Source: Lama guanicoe
Lineage: Eukaryota
Length of the DNA: 64,000 nucleotides
Assembly (NCBI GenBank): GCA_013239625.1
Contig: MU056050.1
Location: 6,403,715 to 6,467,714 of the forward strand
Direction of reading: 5' to 3'
Shown: positions 12,670-25,845 of the stretch, one piece after another
Numbering within the stretch: position 1 is the stretch's first letter
Layout of the letters: each line of letters starts with the position of its first letter
Made by a program: the position numbers and the translations under genes
Notes under the pieces: model-generated
The model's database searches: none
What the model was told of the DNA's origin: nothing
What the model saw: the letters and a program-made list of their open reading frames with translations, nothing else

Positions 12670-13350
12670 CATGTGTTGCTCAGGGTAGGCGAGGTTATGC
12701 GGCAGTAACCCAGAAACCCTGAAATCTCAGTGATTTAGGAAAGGCTGATTTCTTGCTCACACAAAGTCTAATGCAGGTTGGACAACAGGTAACCAGGCTG
12801 TCTGGAACGTGGCCTCCGAGATCTCCAGGACAGGGGGAGAGAGAGACGGGGAAGGAAACAGGTGTCTTAGTCGGCTCAGGCCACCGTGACAAACTGCAAC
12901 AGGCTGCGTGGCTGAAACCACAGACGTGGGCTTGTCACGGTTCTGGAGGCTGGTGAGGCTCAGATCAAGGTGCCGGCTGGTTTGTTTCCTGGTAAAAGCT
13001 CTCTTCCCGGCTTGCAGACGGCCACCTTCTCACTTTGAGCTCTCTGGTCTCTCATCTTATAAGCACATCAGTCCTATTAGATCGGGGTCCCAAGCTCATG
13101 ACTTCATTTCACTGTAATTACTACCTTAACCCAAATCCAGTCACACTGAGGGGTAGGGCCTCAACGTAGGAATTTGAGGGGGGACACAACTCAGTCAGAA
13201 CACGTAACAATTCTTGACCACCTCAGACCCCAGAATGATGTACATGACTTCCAACGACTCTCCCTTGGTCAGAATTCGTCACGTGGCCCCAACTGAACTG
13301 CACAGGAGGCTGGGAAATGGAGGTGAGCAAGTGGATATGTGTTGAGCACC
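12670..13350 (-). mobile_element. Older MLT1 LTR interrupted by a younger MLT1 LTR (~12863-13205)
   Basis: gttatgcggcagtaac...aatctcagtg (older MLT1 type) is split by tgtcttagtc...gttctggaggctgg...gggggacacaactcagtc (MLT1A/B type). Confidence 0.65.
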
Positions 13351-15359
13351 GTGTGTGCCGCCCAGGGGTCTCCTGGGCCGAGCCCGCTGAGAAGAAACGT
13401 CTTAGGGCCAGAGCAACAGCACCGCGATTAGAAGGCAGGAAAGACTGCTGACAGTGTCTTCCAGGCGGGTGCTGGGAGCCAAGACCTGGGCCCTGATTCA
13501 GAAAAGGGTTCTTAGGGGTGGGGGTGGGGTAGGAAACGTGTCCCTGGGTTTGGTGTATTTTGAGGTTTACTGTGTCTCCTGCCCAGGATGTGAACACAAA
13601 TGTTTCCTCACAGATATATCCATAGAGACTCAGGAAATTCAGATGAACCGGGCAGAGACCAGGCTTTGGATTCAATTTTTCAAAATTGATGTATTACAAA
13701 TTTCCCTCTCCAAAGTTCTATTTCTTCTTCTTATTTTTTTAAATCATTTTCCAGCACATAGCAATAGGCAGAGAGCTAGCAGAGGGCTGCCAAGGAGGAG
13801 GAGTCAGGAACCTGCTTTAACGACTAGCTATTTGAGCACTATGTTCTGACAGGTTGTTGGAGGGGAAGGGCTTGGGCACGTGACTTGTTCTCCGATGGCT
13901 TCCCTCACGGGCCTTACAGGGCCCGCGCCTGCCTCTCTGGCCTCGTCCCTCTGCCTGACGACCCAGGCACACTGGCCTCCATTCAGTTCCAAGAGACCCC
14001 AGCCCCCTGGCCGCTCCGGGGCACTTGTGCTGGCTGTTCCCTCTGCCTGGAAGGTTATTCTCCCAGATCTTTGCAGTCAGCTTCCTTTTCATCTTTCAAG
14101 TCTCATCTCCAATGCCGCCACCGCACAGAGATCTGGCTACCCAAGTAAAGCCACAAATTCTCCCACCACTGCAGACACAGATACTCTTTAGCATTGGCCA
14201 GTTTCTTTCTTTGGTAACAGTGATCTCAATCTGCACCTCCCTGTTCGAGGACTTCCCTCTGAATGGCTTGCAAGTGAGTTCTCAGGGCTGGACCTCCTAG
14301 ACTGAGTTTCCCCAGGGAAAATAGAGCCTGAAGTCTCTATATCATTTGTCTCCCCGATAGGAGGGAGGGACGTGGCTGACGCCCCTATGGAATATTTGAG
14401 AATACCTGAGTCCTAAGGTAGCGGGAGTGTCACCAAAGCCCTGGGTGAAAGTCACACGTGAGATTCAAGCACCTACTGTGCTTAGGGTTAGTGCTTACCG
14501 TGTTCTAGGGCTCTAGGCAGTCACAGTCCCTGCCTGTCTTCATGGAGCTCGTGGTTCCTACAGAAGGCACATCAATCAAGTAGTGACACTCCTCCTAATC
14601 ATCATCATCATCGTCGTCGTCATCATCATCATTGTCGTGGTTGTGACACTGATAACACTTAACAGCTAATGCATATTCTGCTTAGATGTCACCATGGACA
14701 TTGGGGAGAGAAGGATAAAGATCCACTCCTAGATACATGTTACATCTACTCCTTTGTTTTAAGCCCTACAGCGACCCTAGGAGGTAGGTGCCTTTATTAC
14801 TCATTCGTTTTAAGCCCTACAGCGACCCTAGGAGGTAGGTGCCATTATTATTCCCATTTTTACAAAGATACCACGGCTCAGAGAGGTCAAGTAAATTGCT
14901 TGAGGCCACCCAGCCAGTGAGTGTGAAATGAGCTATTATTAGTCACTGAGCGGGAATTCCCCTGTTTCTGTTGTGGCCGTTGTTGACCTAGGTTGCTTAG
15001 GAAGTGCTCCATCAACTCCTACTAAACTTTAGATCCCGTCTGCTGATAGTGGTGGTAAACAATAATGCTGGAGGAGACGTGTGTGTGCCCAGAGCGCTCC
15101 TGAATTTTCTCATTGATCTTGTACGTGATGGAATAGCTTTGAACCTCAGTGAGGCCCTTCCTTAACAGTGAGGACTGCAGTCACTGATCTTGGCAGGGAA
15201 ATCATGTTATAAGAATTTTTCTTTGTTTTAAGTTAGGATCTCACCCTGGCCAGTTTAATGGTTGTCTTCCCAAACACCATGCCTGCCCCTGGGAATGGCT
15301 GAGAATGCGTGAGAATGGAAATATATTTTGCACCATGCTCAAAAATAGTAGAAAGCAGT

Positions 15360-15700
15360 GAGTTCATTCAATCATCAGATTCTTCCTGAGCACCAGTGCT
15401 ATGCAAGGTACTATTCTTGGTACTGGGGCTACAGCAGTGAGCAAAATAGCCTAAACTCCCTGCTCTCATGATCCTGACAATGTGACACAGAGAGACAGAC
15501 AATAAAGAAAATAAGTAAGTACAAAAATAATTTCATGATAAATGCTATTGGAGAAAAATAAAGCCTGGGGAGAGCAGGGGATGGGTGCGATTTTTAAATA
15601 GGGTGTTTGGGGTAGGCCTCCCTGAGAAAGTGACCTACAAGCAAAGATCTGAAGGCAGGAGGGTGTTTCCTGTGGCCTACCTGGAGGCCCTTGTATGCTT
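15360..15700 (-). mobile_element. LINE-2 3' fragment
   Basis: ttcattcaatc...gagcaccagtgctatgcaagg...acagcagtgagcaaaata...aggcctccctgagaaagtgac...gcaaagatctgaagg. Confidence 0.75.
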
Positions 15701-18700
15701 ATGCCCTTGGGCATTGGCTGGATTGCCAGGGTCTGGGAGGTGGGTCTCCTCTTTCTGACTGTTCTTGTGTTTGGCAGCTGTTGGGTGGGGCTGGGCACCA
15801 GTAGCTCAGACTGAGGGCACCCACCTGCCCTGCTACAGGTGCTTGGGAAGCTGCTGTGTTGAAATGACCCCACCCCCATGCCTCTCCTGCAACCAAAGGG
15901 ACAGGTGGACAACCACAAGAGGCCCTCAAAGTCTCAAAGGGGCAACCCCCCTCCACAGCGCTCTGTTTCCTGCTGAGAACCTCAGCTGGTGTCGGTCCTT
16001 CTGGCTTTGTATTTTTAGTGTGAAGGCAACCCTGTCCTAGGCCAGCCCTCCCCCTCCAGCCCCCAGCAGCCTGCTCTGCAGTCACTTCCCTGCTGGGAGC
16101 TGCAACATTTGCACCCAAAGCCTGAAGTGTGTGCGTGTGTATGTGTGTCGCACATGTGTGTGTACATGTTTGTGCATTGGAAGGGGGGATGTACTTGGAA
16201 CTTCACATGAATTCATGCCTTGTGCTTCAAGCACAGGGCCAATGAGGTCATTGTCATGAATTCCAGTTTCTTTCATTCCTTCCACACTAAAACATGGAGT
16301 GATGAGCCTGACTAGCACAAGACAGACCTGAACTTATATACTAGTCCAACCATATACTCCCTCTAGGACCTCAGACGAGTCACTTTTAACCTTTCTGAGC
16401 ATGCATTTTCTCATCTGTAAAATGGAGTGAAAAAGCAGCACCTTCCTCATCAGATGGTCCAGATTCAATGAGGTAATCCTAGTGAGGCACAGTGCACGTG
16501 TTCTGGAAAGAGCAGCTCTCATTACCATGAACTGGCGAGGCCTTGCTGGGCCCGTGCTGTGTGCCGGGCACTGTGCTAGCTCTGGGAGAGCAGAGCAGGA
16601 AGCAGGATCAGAGATGAGCCCGACAACGGCCAACTGGGCTCTGTTCCTCACCCAACCCGGAGCCAGCCGCCTCACCCACAAGACCTTGCAGTTGGGTGTG
16701 CAAGCACCTGGTGTGGGTCCCAGAGTCCAGGCCAGAGAGAGTCACTGAGTGGGTGCACCACCCACACCCCCATCTTTCACACTCCCTCCATGGCTAGAGC
16801 TGGAGCTGGGTGCACATGCGCAGGGAGGTGGGGTGGAGCCAGCCGTGCATCTGATGGGGTAGGGCGCCAGCGCCCGGAGAGTGTAAGTAGGGCACTGTTT
16901 CTCTGTACCTCTCCTCGGCTTCTTGGCCACTGGCAGAGTGTTGTCACTTTCTACCTTTTCTTGGGAATTGGCTTCCTCTCCTTGTCACAGACTTCCTGTT
17001 ATCTCTTCTGCTCTTTTCTTTTTGCCACCTGCCCACTCCCCCAATCTCCCACTCCCCAATCCCCGTCCTGAGTCACCACTAGTCTCAGTGGTCACTGGAT
17101 CCTTCTTGTCGATGGTGAGGCTCATTGGATCATATCAGTATGTCTTACTGGGCACCAGAGCATGGCGCATCGTTGGGTGCTGTTGGCAAGAGGAGGGGAG
17201 AGGAAGGAAAGGGAAAGGAGGAGAAGGGGGAAGGGAGAAAAAGGAGAGGACTTGGCTTCCGCCCTGGCTGATGGAATGTGTCATCTCACACAGGACGGAG
17301 GTTAGGAAACCCAAGGGGCATTCTGTAGGTAGCCCAGTGTGAGACCCTACCGCCTGTACTTTATGCCGTGGAGAGAGCTGGGAGGGCCACTGCAGAGGAA
17401 GGGGGACGGGGGCTGGACCTTGAAGGAGAGAAGGGATTGGGATGGGGTGGGCAGACTCAATTCTGGCCCAATTGGGATGCAGTCAGCTGTCTGAGGGCTG
17501 GTCGAAGGTCCCAGTGGGGCGGTGAGGAATGAAGGAGATGTGGCTCAGGCACTGGCAAGAGGCAGAGCACCCAGGTGACGGCCAGAAGTGGGGGCAGCAG
17601 AGGGCGCAGAGGGACTTTTGGCCAGATGGCTGCCAAGACTGGGGATGGGGTAGCCCTTTCTCTCCAACCCTCACTCTGTTCTCTCCGTAGCCTTTCTTTT
17701 CTGCGCCACTCCCCCTATTCTGTCTCCCTCCTTTGGGTCCCATCATCATCCTTCCTTTCTTCTAAGTCTCAGTTATTTCATCCACAAAATAAAGGTGCTC
17801 ATATTGGAGGCTGTAGGTCCGTGGTGTCCGCTCTCCTGCTTTCCATTCGCCTCCGCCCTGCGGGCTCCTGAGGATGTTCCCGGGGCTGGGGGTGGGGTGG
17901 GACAGGACACGAGGGTCCAGACCTTGGATTCCCTGCTCCTGCTTGCCTGCCGGGGGTTGTGGAACAAGCCTGTTTCACTTCTCTCCCAGGCTGGAGACGA
18001 GCGAGCACGCCGTGTTTGGGAGTCGCTTTTCTTCCAGAGTCAAATGGCTCCCTCTCAGCACCAGTCCCTTTAAAATGAGAGGGACGCCAAAAGAGGAGAT
18101 CTTTGATGTTGTTCAATCGAGAAATCTGTCAGGTGGGAGCGAGCAGGAAATGCCGAAGGGCAGGGCCCCGTGCTCCCTGCATCGGGCGGGAGCGCTGCCT
18201 GGACTTTGTTTTCTGATGGCAAATGTTCCCCGACATAAACACAGGCAGAGCAGGGAATAACAACATTCATCCCCAAACAAAACAGGAACGGGACCTGCTC
18301 GCATGGGTGACAGCTTTTGCTGCAATGATGCAGCTCAAGGGGCCTTCACTGTGGAATTTCCTGCCTTGAGTATGACAGATTTTCCATTCTTGTCCCCGAA
18401 TGAACACCTGCCTCAGCGCTTGGTGGATGGCAGGGGGTCGCGGCGAGGCCCCCTGAGAAGTGGGCAGCACCCTCTCAGCTGGGCCTGGATCCAGAGGGGT
18501 GCGCCTCCTCTCTTGAGTCGGGTCTGAGGTGAGCGCCACTGCCTCCCTCAAAGCGCTGCGAGACCCGTTGCCCTCAGGCGCCTGAGAACTTAGCTGGAAA
18601 CCACCTTCCTTTTCTGGCCCATCTTGGACTTCTCCCTTTCATGCACCAAACACTCCAGTCATAACAGATTCACCTCTGCTTTCCAGGAGGGGACCATCTT

Positions 18701-20749
18701 CTCTTGCATCCCTGACTGTCTGCTTATTCTGTTCCTTGGACCACTCTGACCCCACCTCATTTCTGCCCATCCAAGAGACAGTATAGCCTGGTGGTGATAA
18801 ACATGGTCTCTGTCTAGGTTTGACTCAGGGCCCTGTTGCTTACCATCTGTGTGGCCCCTGTGCCACCATTTGCACATCTGTTCAATGGGGGGTAATAATG
18901 GCTCTTCCTTCATAGGATTGTAGTTAGCTCTAAATGAGTTACCATTTGTAGTGCATGTAGAAGAGTATCTGGTATGCAGTAAGCTCTATATAAAGTTTTA
19001 GGAATTAATATTCAAATGCTATTGCAGTTCAAAGTTCAGCTCAAATGCCACCTCCTCCATGAAGTCTTCCTGATTCCCCAAGTGGAAATACTCTCTCGCT
19101 CCTCTAACTGCCTATAGCCTTATAGCTGGATCTGTCCTGAGGAACTAATTACTTAGTGTCATAACAAGATATGTACATGTCCCAGTTACCTAAGGGCTGG
19201 GACCCTTCCTGGAACTTCCACAGGGCCTTCTACCCAGGAGGTGCTCAGTAGATCCTTAGTGAATGATTGAATGGAGTAGAGAAGGGGTGATAACAGGACC
19301 CAGGGGTAGAGCACAGCTGCTCCCTGGGCCTGGCTGGCCTCCCCACAGGAAGGTGAGGGACCTGTCACCAGTGTGTTACGTGGGCACCAGTTGGGGCTGG
19401 TTCACACCAATCTAGCTACTCCCTGATTGGGCCTTACTGGCAGGCATTGCCGAAGCAGGGGCCTGGTGGACAGCAGACAGAGTGAAGGGATGCCCCCAGT
19501 AGCATCCACCATATTGTACCCTGACAGTAGTCGTGAGGCACCCTGGACCGCATCTGGGCTGCTTTACCCCGCCTCATCCTGGGACTCTCAGTCTACAGTA
19601 CAGCCAGATCGGTCAGGCTCTCAGAGCCCAACCCTGCACATTTCCTTCCCCCCAAATGCAACCTGACTGACCCGGTTCCTGCTGACCTTGGGCCTCCAGA
19701 TGCTGCCCGCTGTCCTTCCCTCCTTTCCCTCCCGGCCAGCCATTATGGAGGCAGCTAGCCCTTCCCTGAGTCAGGCCCACCATTCACTGGGGCTGGACTT
19801 GGGCCCTACCAGGGTCTGCGTTGTCTTCTTGGTGGCCCCACGCACCCCCACATACCTTTAGCTACTCTACCTGGAGTTTTGTTCGTTGCCTGTGCCACCT
19901 CTTGCTGGGATGACTTTTCTGTGGGCTTCCAGCCCACATGGTTTTTCTGTACATGTCACAGCACCTAGCATGGCGGGGGGACCGTGCCCTTGCACTTGGT
20001 AGAGGCTTCTTTAATCCTTTTTTGGTTCAATTGCTGAATTAAGGGGAGGAGGAGGGAAATAAAGCTTCAGTCACTCTGTTCATATTCTTCCTAACTTTTA
20101 AAATTCTGATCATATTACTGGATTCCTGAGTTCCCAGGTCCTGCAGGCCCCTTGAGATCTAAATGACATTGCTTTGAACTCCCTCACCCTGCCCCCTGTG
20201 CCATGACCCAAGGTATTTGTGAATTTCTGGGAAGATTTATAGTCTCGTGGCCTCCTATGCCACCCAGGTTCCTGCATTCCTGCAGTCTGAGGCATGGTCT
20301 CTGCTTCCACCACATTGACCAAGGTGGGAAACCTAGAGCCTTCCTCAGTTCTCACCAAGAAAACGAGAGTAGAATTGACTGAAGGTCTTTGGTTGATGGA
20401 ATCCTGGGGAAGGGGTCACATCACACACAGCTCACAGACTGCCGCCACCTCCCTGCCTCCTCTGTCCCTCATCCTCTCTGCTCCTCACTCTTTCCCTGCA
20501 GGGTTTCTGAGGTTTCTCCAAATTCTTCCCCCACATCCTGAAGCCTTTGGTGTGAATGAAGGTCAGGGAGAGTATCATTCTACCCTCAAGAACTTATCTA
20601 AGTCTTTTTACCAACATAGTAGTTCTTGCTTGTGGATTCTTATCATTAACTAATAAAGTGTTTTCCACCTCATTATATAAGTAAGTGCTTTTCCGTCTCT
20701 GGGCCTCAGTTTCATGACCTGTGTAATGGGGTACAATCACTAGCTTAAC

Positions 20750-21926
20750 CCTGTCCAGTAGAAATATAATGCAAGCCACATACGTAATTTTAAAATTCTT
20801 AATAGCTGCATTAAAAAAAAATAAACAGGTGAAATTAGTTCTTGCTTATCCTCTCGGGTAGCAGCAGGGTAGCTATTGAAGAATTTTTTAACAGCATTAT
20901 TGAGGTATAACTGACATATATTAAGCTGCACATACTTAAGGTATACAGTTTAAGATCTGACGCATGTGTACACCTGGAAAACCATCCCTACAATCAAGAT
21001 AGTGACTATATTCTCCACAAGCAAGGGTCCTCGTGCCCCTTTGTAATTTTATATGTTTAAAAGTATATTTTATTTAACCATTTTATCAAAAAATGGTCAT
21101 TTTTACATGCATGCAATATTAAAATTGTTAATGAGATATTTAATATTCTTTTTTAATATTTATTAAAAATTTTATCAATTATAGCTTCAAACTGGGAACA
21201 GTCAAAATGATCATTAATAAACTGTGATGCAGACATATCATTAAATGCTACTAAGCAATGAAAAATGCTAACACATGTAACAACATGACTGAATTTAAGA
21301 GAATTATACTAAATATAAGTTCCAGACATAAATAGCCATGTATCGTTTGATTCTGTGTATATGACTTTATGGGCAAGGCAAAATTCTAGGACAAGAATCT
21401 GATTGGTGGTTTCCATGGTGTGGGATATCAGGAAGGAGACTGACTGCCAAGGGGTATGAAGGACATTTTTGAGGTGATGTAATTGTTCTATATCTTGATT
21501 GCAGCGGTGGTTACATGAATAACATTCTTTTTTTTTTAATGCTAAGTTTTCAAATTCCAATGTGTTTTTTTTTACCTTTTTTTTCTTTTGTTGAAGTATA
21601 GTCGATTTACACTTTTGTGTTAGTTTCAGGTGTACAGCATAGTTATTCACTTATACCTATACATATATATATATTCTTTTTCAGATTCTTTTCCATTATA
21701 GGTTATTACAAGATATTGAATGTACTTCCCTGTGCTATACAGTAGGTCCTTGTTGTTTATCTGTTTTATATATGGTAGGGTGTATTTGTTAATCTTAAAT
21801 TTCTAATTTATCCCTCCTCACTTTCCAATTCCAGTGTGTTTTACACTGATAGGGCACCTGGTTTTGCACCAGCCACATTTCAAGTGTTCCATAGCAGCAC
21901 TTGGCCACTGGTGACTCGTGGACAGC
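20750..21926. mobile_element. MER33-like DNA transposon split by three L1 fragments
   Basis: Collinear MER33 pieces at ~20750-20840, 21060-21155, 21540-21565 and 21830-21926. They are separated by L1 pieces at ~20880-21045 (-), ~21180-21525 (+) and ~21570-21820 (-). Confidence 0.75.
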
Positions 21927-23849
21927 AGAGCTCTACATGACCTCTTGGCACCCTTCGCTCTCTCTCATTGAAGAGCTGCCCGTGTCTGTATCTCTCCCAG
22001 GCATCTCCTGGTGCAGAGTCTCATCTTTGTTCTTTGGGCTCTGCAGCACTATGTGCCTGGATCATTTAGTTGGTCCTCTTGGAATGGGCTCCAGCTTGGT
22101 GGCGTGAGCCTCGAGGGTGGTAAGCAGGCTGCTTCCCAGTGTTCAGCGGGGCTAGAACCAAGCTGTTGCGGCTGTGCGCGCAGCCCGGGTGCTGGCCCTT
22201 GGTGCAGCCTGCCATCGGACTCATGGTCACCCCCACCCTGGCTGAGATATCCATGGGAGGGCCACTCATTGGAACTCCTCTAAGGCAATGGAATTCCAGA
22301 GCAGGCTCTGGATGGGGCCATTTCGTCAGCAACAGAATTGAGGCAGATCCGCTGTGAGGTGTGTTACTAAATAATAAAGTATCAAAGTTTGCAAATGAGT
22401 GACCTTTTAATGATAAAGGAGGTTGGATTCAGGGTGATTCTTATTTAAATAACAGTGGGGTCAGAGTTACTGCCAGAACAAGGTCACTTTCAGCCCAGCA
22501 GGACTTCTTAAATGGGGGAGAAAGGGTGGGGTTACAGCTTCTGCGCTGGGAATGTGCAGGACCCCTCGCCTGTCTTCCCTATGCAGAATCCTTAAGCAAC
22601 CATTAAGGAACACTGATAGGTATGGCCACGATTACCACGTATTTCCGTGTAGCCGGGTTGTTATCACAACCCAAGTATGCGGATGGGAGCACACTTAGAA
22701 TGAGTTGGGGTGCAAAAAAGATTGAGAAGTCCTGGAAGAGAGTACTAGGATGGAGTAGGCTGTCCAGAATGACAGGCCGCCATTTGCCTGCGGCCTTAGT
22801 GCTGTTCCCTGAGGCACTGACATGAGGTGAAGATGTGGAGGCCGAGCGATGCCCAGCCAGACCCCGCTGGGATGGGCCCCTGGGGCAGAGCGAGAGGACC
22901 AGCAATCTTCCAGACCCCAAAGCCCTCAGAACTAGCCCCTCTTTTAGCAAAGGCAGCAGAATCCCAGGGTCACGCAGGGAAAGAGCTACAGACGGTCCCC
23001 TCAAACCAGCCCAGCTTCCCCTTAGGCCTACGGGGCGCCCTGTGCGGGCTGAGGGAGCTGCCTGCTTTCCTCAGGGACAGGGAGGGAGGCCGGGGCCCTC
23101 CAGCTCCCAACCTCTCGGATGGCCACTTGGGGCCAGAGGGAAGCTGCAGCCTTTGCTGTTGCAGCTGCGGCGGCAGTGAAGAAAGCGGGAGGGCATCCTG
23201 AGGCGGGAAATGCCGATCAGTGTCATCCCCAGCTGCTTCCGGCTTCCTCCTTCAAGGATTCCGAGGCTCCTCTGTATCCCCGCCAGCCCCTGTCCCCTGT
23301 CCCAGGTTCTGGCCGGCAGCTGTGCACCCCCCTTGAGGCCCACATCACAAGGCCTCCAAGGGGCTGTCGGCTCCCCATTGTTCTCGGGGCTTCTCCGGCA
23401 TTCCTTTGGCTCAGGAGAGGAAATGCCTGAAGCTTCCTCCCACCTCCTCAGAGATGCTTGGCCAAGTAGTCACTACCAGTTCGGGCCCCTCAGAGGACAC
23501 TGCCAGGGAGGGTCTGGCTAGGCTGGCCGCAACACAAGTACACCTGCTGGGGACCAAGGACTGAATCTGAAAGGCTCACTTGGTCCCTGCTTCTTGGGCT
23601 CACCCTAAAGGCCCCTCTCTCCCTCCTGAGTGCACAGTCACCCCACAGTGACACACACAGCTGTAGCCCCTACCCATTTGCACTCAGGTCCGCCCACAAC
23701 TCTCACACACACACCCAGCCCCTGCTTCCTGGGAGGCCGTCAGCTGTGGCAGGGCTGGAAGCTACTTTTGCTGTAGATATGGATCAAGACTCTTTCAGAA
23801 AGTCTGCCCTGATGATAGCACACCTTCCTGGGTGGAAGCTGCCCCTCAC

Positions 23850-24830
23850 CCCACCTACTGTGTGCCAGGCTCCTAGGCACTGGGAATACACTACGGAACA
23901 CACCAGAGCAAAACCCCAGCCTTCTAAAATTTGACATTTTAGTGGGAGGAAGGGGAAGAACAGTAAACCAACAAGTAAAATATAGACTATGGTACATGGT
24001 GATAAGGGCAATTGGATGAAAAATAAAGGAGGGAAGAGGAATAGTGACTAGGAAAGGGTTTGCAAGTTTAAAGACAGTGGGTAGGGGAGGTTAACCAAGA
24101 AGGTGACACTTAGGCAGATATTGCAGGATAGGAAGGAGTAGGCCATGCTGATGTCCAGAAGAAGAACCTTCTGGGAAAAGGGAGTAGCCAGTTACAAAGG
24201 CCCTGTGGTAGCAATCTACCTGGAGTAAGCAAAGACTAACAAAGAACCCAGCATATTTGGGATGGAGAGTGGAAGGAGGAGCAGCGGGAGGTGAGGCTGG
24301 AGACAAATGAAGGCCAGATCCCGTAGGGTCTTACTCATCATTGTAATGAGGGAGATGGGGGTACCAGAGGGTTCTGAGCAGAGGCCTGACATAACCTGGC
24401 TTAGACTGTAAAGGAGTATTCTAGCTGCTGTGTTTAGAATAGAATGCAGTTGGACAATGTCAGAAAGAGAGAGATCAATTACGAGCACCTTGAAATAATC
24501 CTGCCTTGATGGTGATGGTGTGGCCACTGTGGTAATGGTGGGTGGGACGAGGCAGAATCTAGATGCATTCTGAAAGTAGAGTCAACAGGATTTGCCACTG
24601 GATTAGATGGGGGAGTGGATGTGAAAGAAAGGGAAGAATCATGGATGACTCAGAAGATTTGCACCTGAGCTACTTCGGAGTTGCCACTTACTGCCGTTTA
24701 CCACAGGGGGTGGAGAATCAGGTGCTTGGTTGTGGCCATATTCGGTTTGAGAAGCTTATGAAGCATTCAAACGTGGAGGGCACGTGGGCAATTTGGGTAC
24801 GTGAGTCTGGAGCTCAGGAGAGGAATGTGC
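23850..24830 (-). mobile_element. LINE-2 (L2a-like) fragment
   Basis: cctactgtgtgccagg...aggtgacacttaggcaga...ggagtaagc...gaggttctgagcagagg...caacaggatttgcc...ggagctcaggagagg. Confidence 0.8.
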
Positions 24831-25309
24831 ATTCCTTTCCAATGCACATTGTTTATGCTTTTATGATGCATTGTAATCTATAAACCATTTCTAGGATTGC
24901 TTTATGAGTGTTTAAGCTTTATATAACTGATGCTATGTACATATTTGAGATTTATCATTATCATATTATTTTTCCAGTTTAACTCTATAGTATTTCACTG
25001 CACAGCTAAGCCCCAATTTATGTACCCATTCCCCTATTAAGGGATTTAGGTTGTTTGAATTTCTAGATTTTTTTTCTATTTCTGTGGAGTGTGATGCAAC
25101 GCTTTCTGGTGCTGGGCACACAGATACTAAATGATTGAACATTTCTGTTTACCTCCATCAGTGTGTCTGGGATCATTAATTCCCAGGCAAGAGGGAACAA
25201 ATCATATTTAGTGACTTCATTGTCCCCTATTCACTCAGCCAGGCCCAGCCAGATTTCCCCCGATGATGTTTGGTTAGTCATCTTGTACAAACTGCTGGAA
25301 AGTAACAGC

Positions 25310-25845
25310 AATGATTTGAACTTTTCAAGTTACCCCATAACTCCACAGATTAAGACAACAAGCACTTACTATATCATGGTTTGTGTCGGTCAGGAATGGG
25401 GTATGGCTTGGCTGGACCCTCCATCTTGGGGTCTCTCCCAGGCTGCAGTCAAGATCTTGGCCAGGTGCAAGCACCTCAGAGTTCACCTGCAGGAGGATGG
25501 CCTCCAGCTCTCTCCTGAGGCTGTGGCAGGGGGGCCTTCAGGTGCTCACTCGCTATTAAACTCAGAGCTTCTGTTTCTTGCTGGCTGTTGGCCGCCCTCA
25601 GTTCCTTGCCACGTGGAACTCTCCATAGGGCAGATCCCAACGTGGCAGCAAGCTTCCACAGCACCAGCGAGTGAGAGTCTTACAATCTAACCTTGGAAGT
25701 GACAGCCCATCACCTTTGCCATGGTCTATTTATAAGAAGCAAATCTCTAGGTCCAGCCCACACACTAGGGGAAGGATTAGACAAGGGCGGGAATATTGGG
25801 AGGTGGGGCTCATGGGGACCATCACAGAGGCTGCCCACCACAGAA
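25310..25845 (-). mobile_element. MaLR LTR (MLT1F/G-like)
   Basis: cagttccttgccacgtgg...ttggaagtgacagcccatcacctttgccat...ggtccagcccacacactagggga...ggctgcccaccaca. Confidence 0.75.
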
